From positions 20,336,001 to 20,400,000 of the forward strand of contig CM059437.1 in assembly GCA_030390025.1 (NCBI GenBank): a stretch of 64,000 nt of DNA, written 5' to 3'. Every line of letters begins with the position of its first letter. Position 1 is the first letter of the stretch. The notes below the pieces were generated by a model. It did no database searches, was not told the DNA's origin, and saw only the letters and a program-made list of their open reading frames with translations. Below, one piece after another: positions 62,876 through 64,000 of the stretch. Source of the DNA: Squalus acanthias. Lineage: Eukaryota. The translations under genes and the position numbers were made by a program.

Positions 62876-63633
62876 AATAACAACAGAAAACGCTGGAAAA
62901 ACTCAGCAGGCCAGGTAGCATCCATGGAGAGAGAAACAGAGTTAACGTTTCAGGTCGAAGACCCTTCGTCAGAACTGGAAAAAAGCAGGAAATGAAATAG
63001 ATTTAAAGCAAGTATAATGCTGGGAAAAGGGGGAGGGGATGAAAGAACAAAAGGGAAGGTCAGTGGTAGTATAGAAGGCAGGAGAGATTAAGAGACATTG
63101 AGAGACATTAAGAGATATTCAAGGCGAGAGGAGGTGGTAATGTGACAGGTTGAGGCTAGATGAGGTGTGAAATGCGCTGGCAGAATGAAGGACAGCTACC
63201 AGCTTCAGGGAGGGAAGAAAAAAAGGGGCCAAACAAAAGGGTGGATGAAAAAATAAAATATATATATATATATAATAGGGGCCGTGGTTATGATCGGAAA
63301 TTGTTGAACTCGATATTGAGTCCAGAGGGCTGTAGCGTGCCTAAACGAAAGATGAGGTGCTGTTCCTCTAGCTTACGCTGAGCTTCCGTGGAACAATGCA
63401 AGAGGCCGAGGACGGTGAGGTCAGAGTGGGAGTGGAGTGGAGAATTAAAGTGACAGGCCACCGGGAGCTCGGGGTCCCCCTTACGGACTGAACGGAGGTG
63501 TTCCGCAAAGCGGTCACCCAATCTGCATTTGGTCTCCCCAATGTAGAGGAGACCACAACGTAAGCAGTGAATACAGTATACTAAATTGCAGGAAGTACAC
63601 GTAAATCGCTGTTTCACCTGGAAGGGGTGTTTG
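62876..63633 (-). mobile_element. 5'-truncated Penelope-like element (GIY-YIG endonuclease + pLTR)
   Basis: ORF 63288-63617: NLVYCIHCLRCGLLYIGET...RFAEH...E...GLN. 12-bp TSD GGTTATTTTAGA (62864-62875, 63634-63645). Confidence 0.95.
62940..62976 (-). ncRNA. Minimal type I hammerhead ribozyme motif in the Penelope pLTR
   Basis: AGUU-CUGACGA-AG(G)GUC UUC GACCU-GAAAC-GUU-AACU. Intact core, 4-bp stem I, stem II hairpin, loop-less palindromic stem III (AACGUU). Confidence 0.75.
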
Positions 63634-64000
63634 GGTTATTTTAGATCTTCTTTTGTGTAATGAGACAGGGTTAATTAGCAATCTCATAGTAAAGGATCCT
63701 CTGGGGCAGAGTGATCATAATATGATAGAATTTCACGTTAATTTTGAGAGTGACTTGCCTAAGTCTGAAACTAGAGTCTTAAACTTAAATAAAGCCAATT
63801 ATATAGGTATGAGGGGCGAGTTGGCTAAGGCAGATTGGAAAAATAGATTAAAAGGTATGGCAGTAGATAAGCAGTGGCAAGCATTTAAAGAAATATTTCA
63901 TAATTCTCAACAAAAATACATTCCATTGAGAAACAAAAACTCCACGGGAAAAGTGATACAACCATGGCTAACTAAAGAAGTTAAGGATAGCATTAGATTG

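Larger units (their letters stand above)
62123..64000 (+). mobile_element. CR1 LINE (ORF1 end, ORF2 endonuclease) running off the window
   Basis: LKALYLNA, ITETWL, GDFNL and SDHNMIEF motifs with stops; interrupted by a Penelope element. Confidence 0.92.

Noticed and set aside
1-64000. CRISPR arrays, rRNA genes, prokaryotic operons, and most 60-100-aa ORFs in the track
   Set aside because: No regularly spaced repeat-spacer structure or rRNA similarity was seen. The DNA is eukaryotic and the short ORFs are repeat-derived, antisense or random.

Overview
Repeat-rich vertebrate DNA. The repeat complement (CR1/HER1-like LINEs, Deu-domain tRNA SINEs, L2, Penelope-like elements, many Harbinger-like MITEs) points to a cartilaginous fish; that is an inference. 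No host protein-coding gene can be named. There is one CpG-rich promoter with a probable first exon (~53.9-54.3 kb, +) and three weak minus-strand exon candidates. The main feature is a 5.27-kb endogenous retrovirus-like provirus (34567-39835, -). It has 512-bp LTRs, a GTAT target-site duplication (TSD), a tRNA-Ser primer-binding site (PBS), a polypurine tract (PPT), a splice donor and acceptor, Gag with PPxY and PSAP late domains, and an integrase. Protease and RT are deleted. Its env is built like a paramyxo/pneumovirus F protein rather than a normal SU-TM, which suggests a lokiretrovirus-like element. Two Penelope-like families carry minimal hammerhead ribozyme motifs, and several short copies break inside that motif. 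Boundaries lacking a TSD or TIR are approximate, and all alignments and counts were done by eye.
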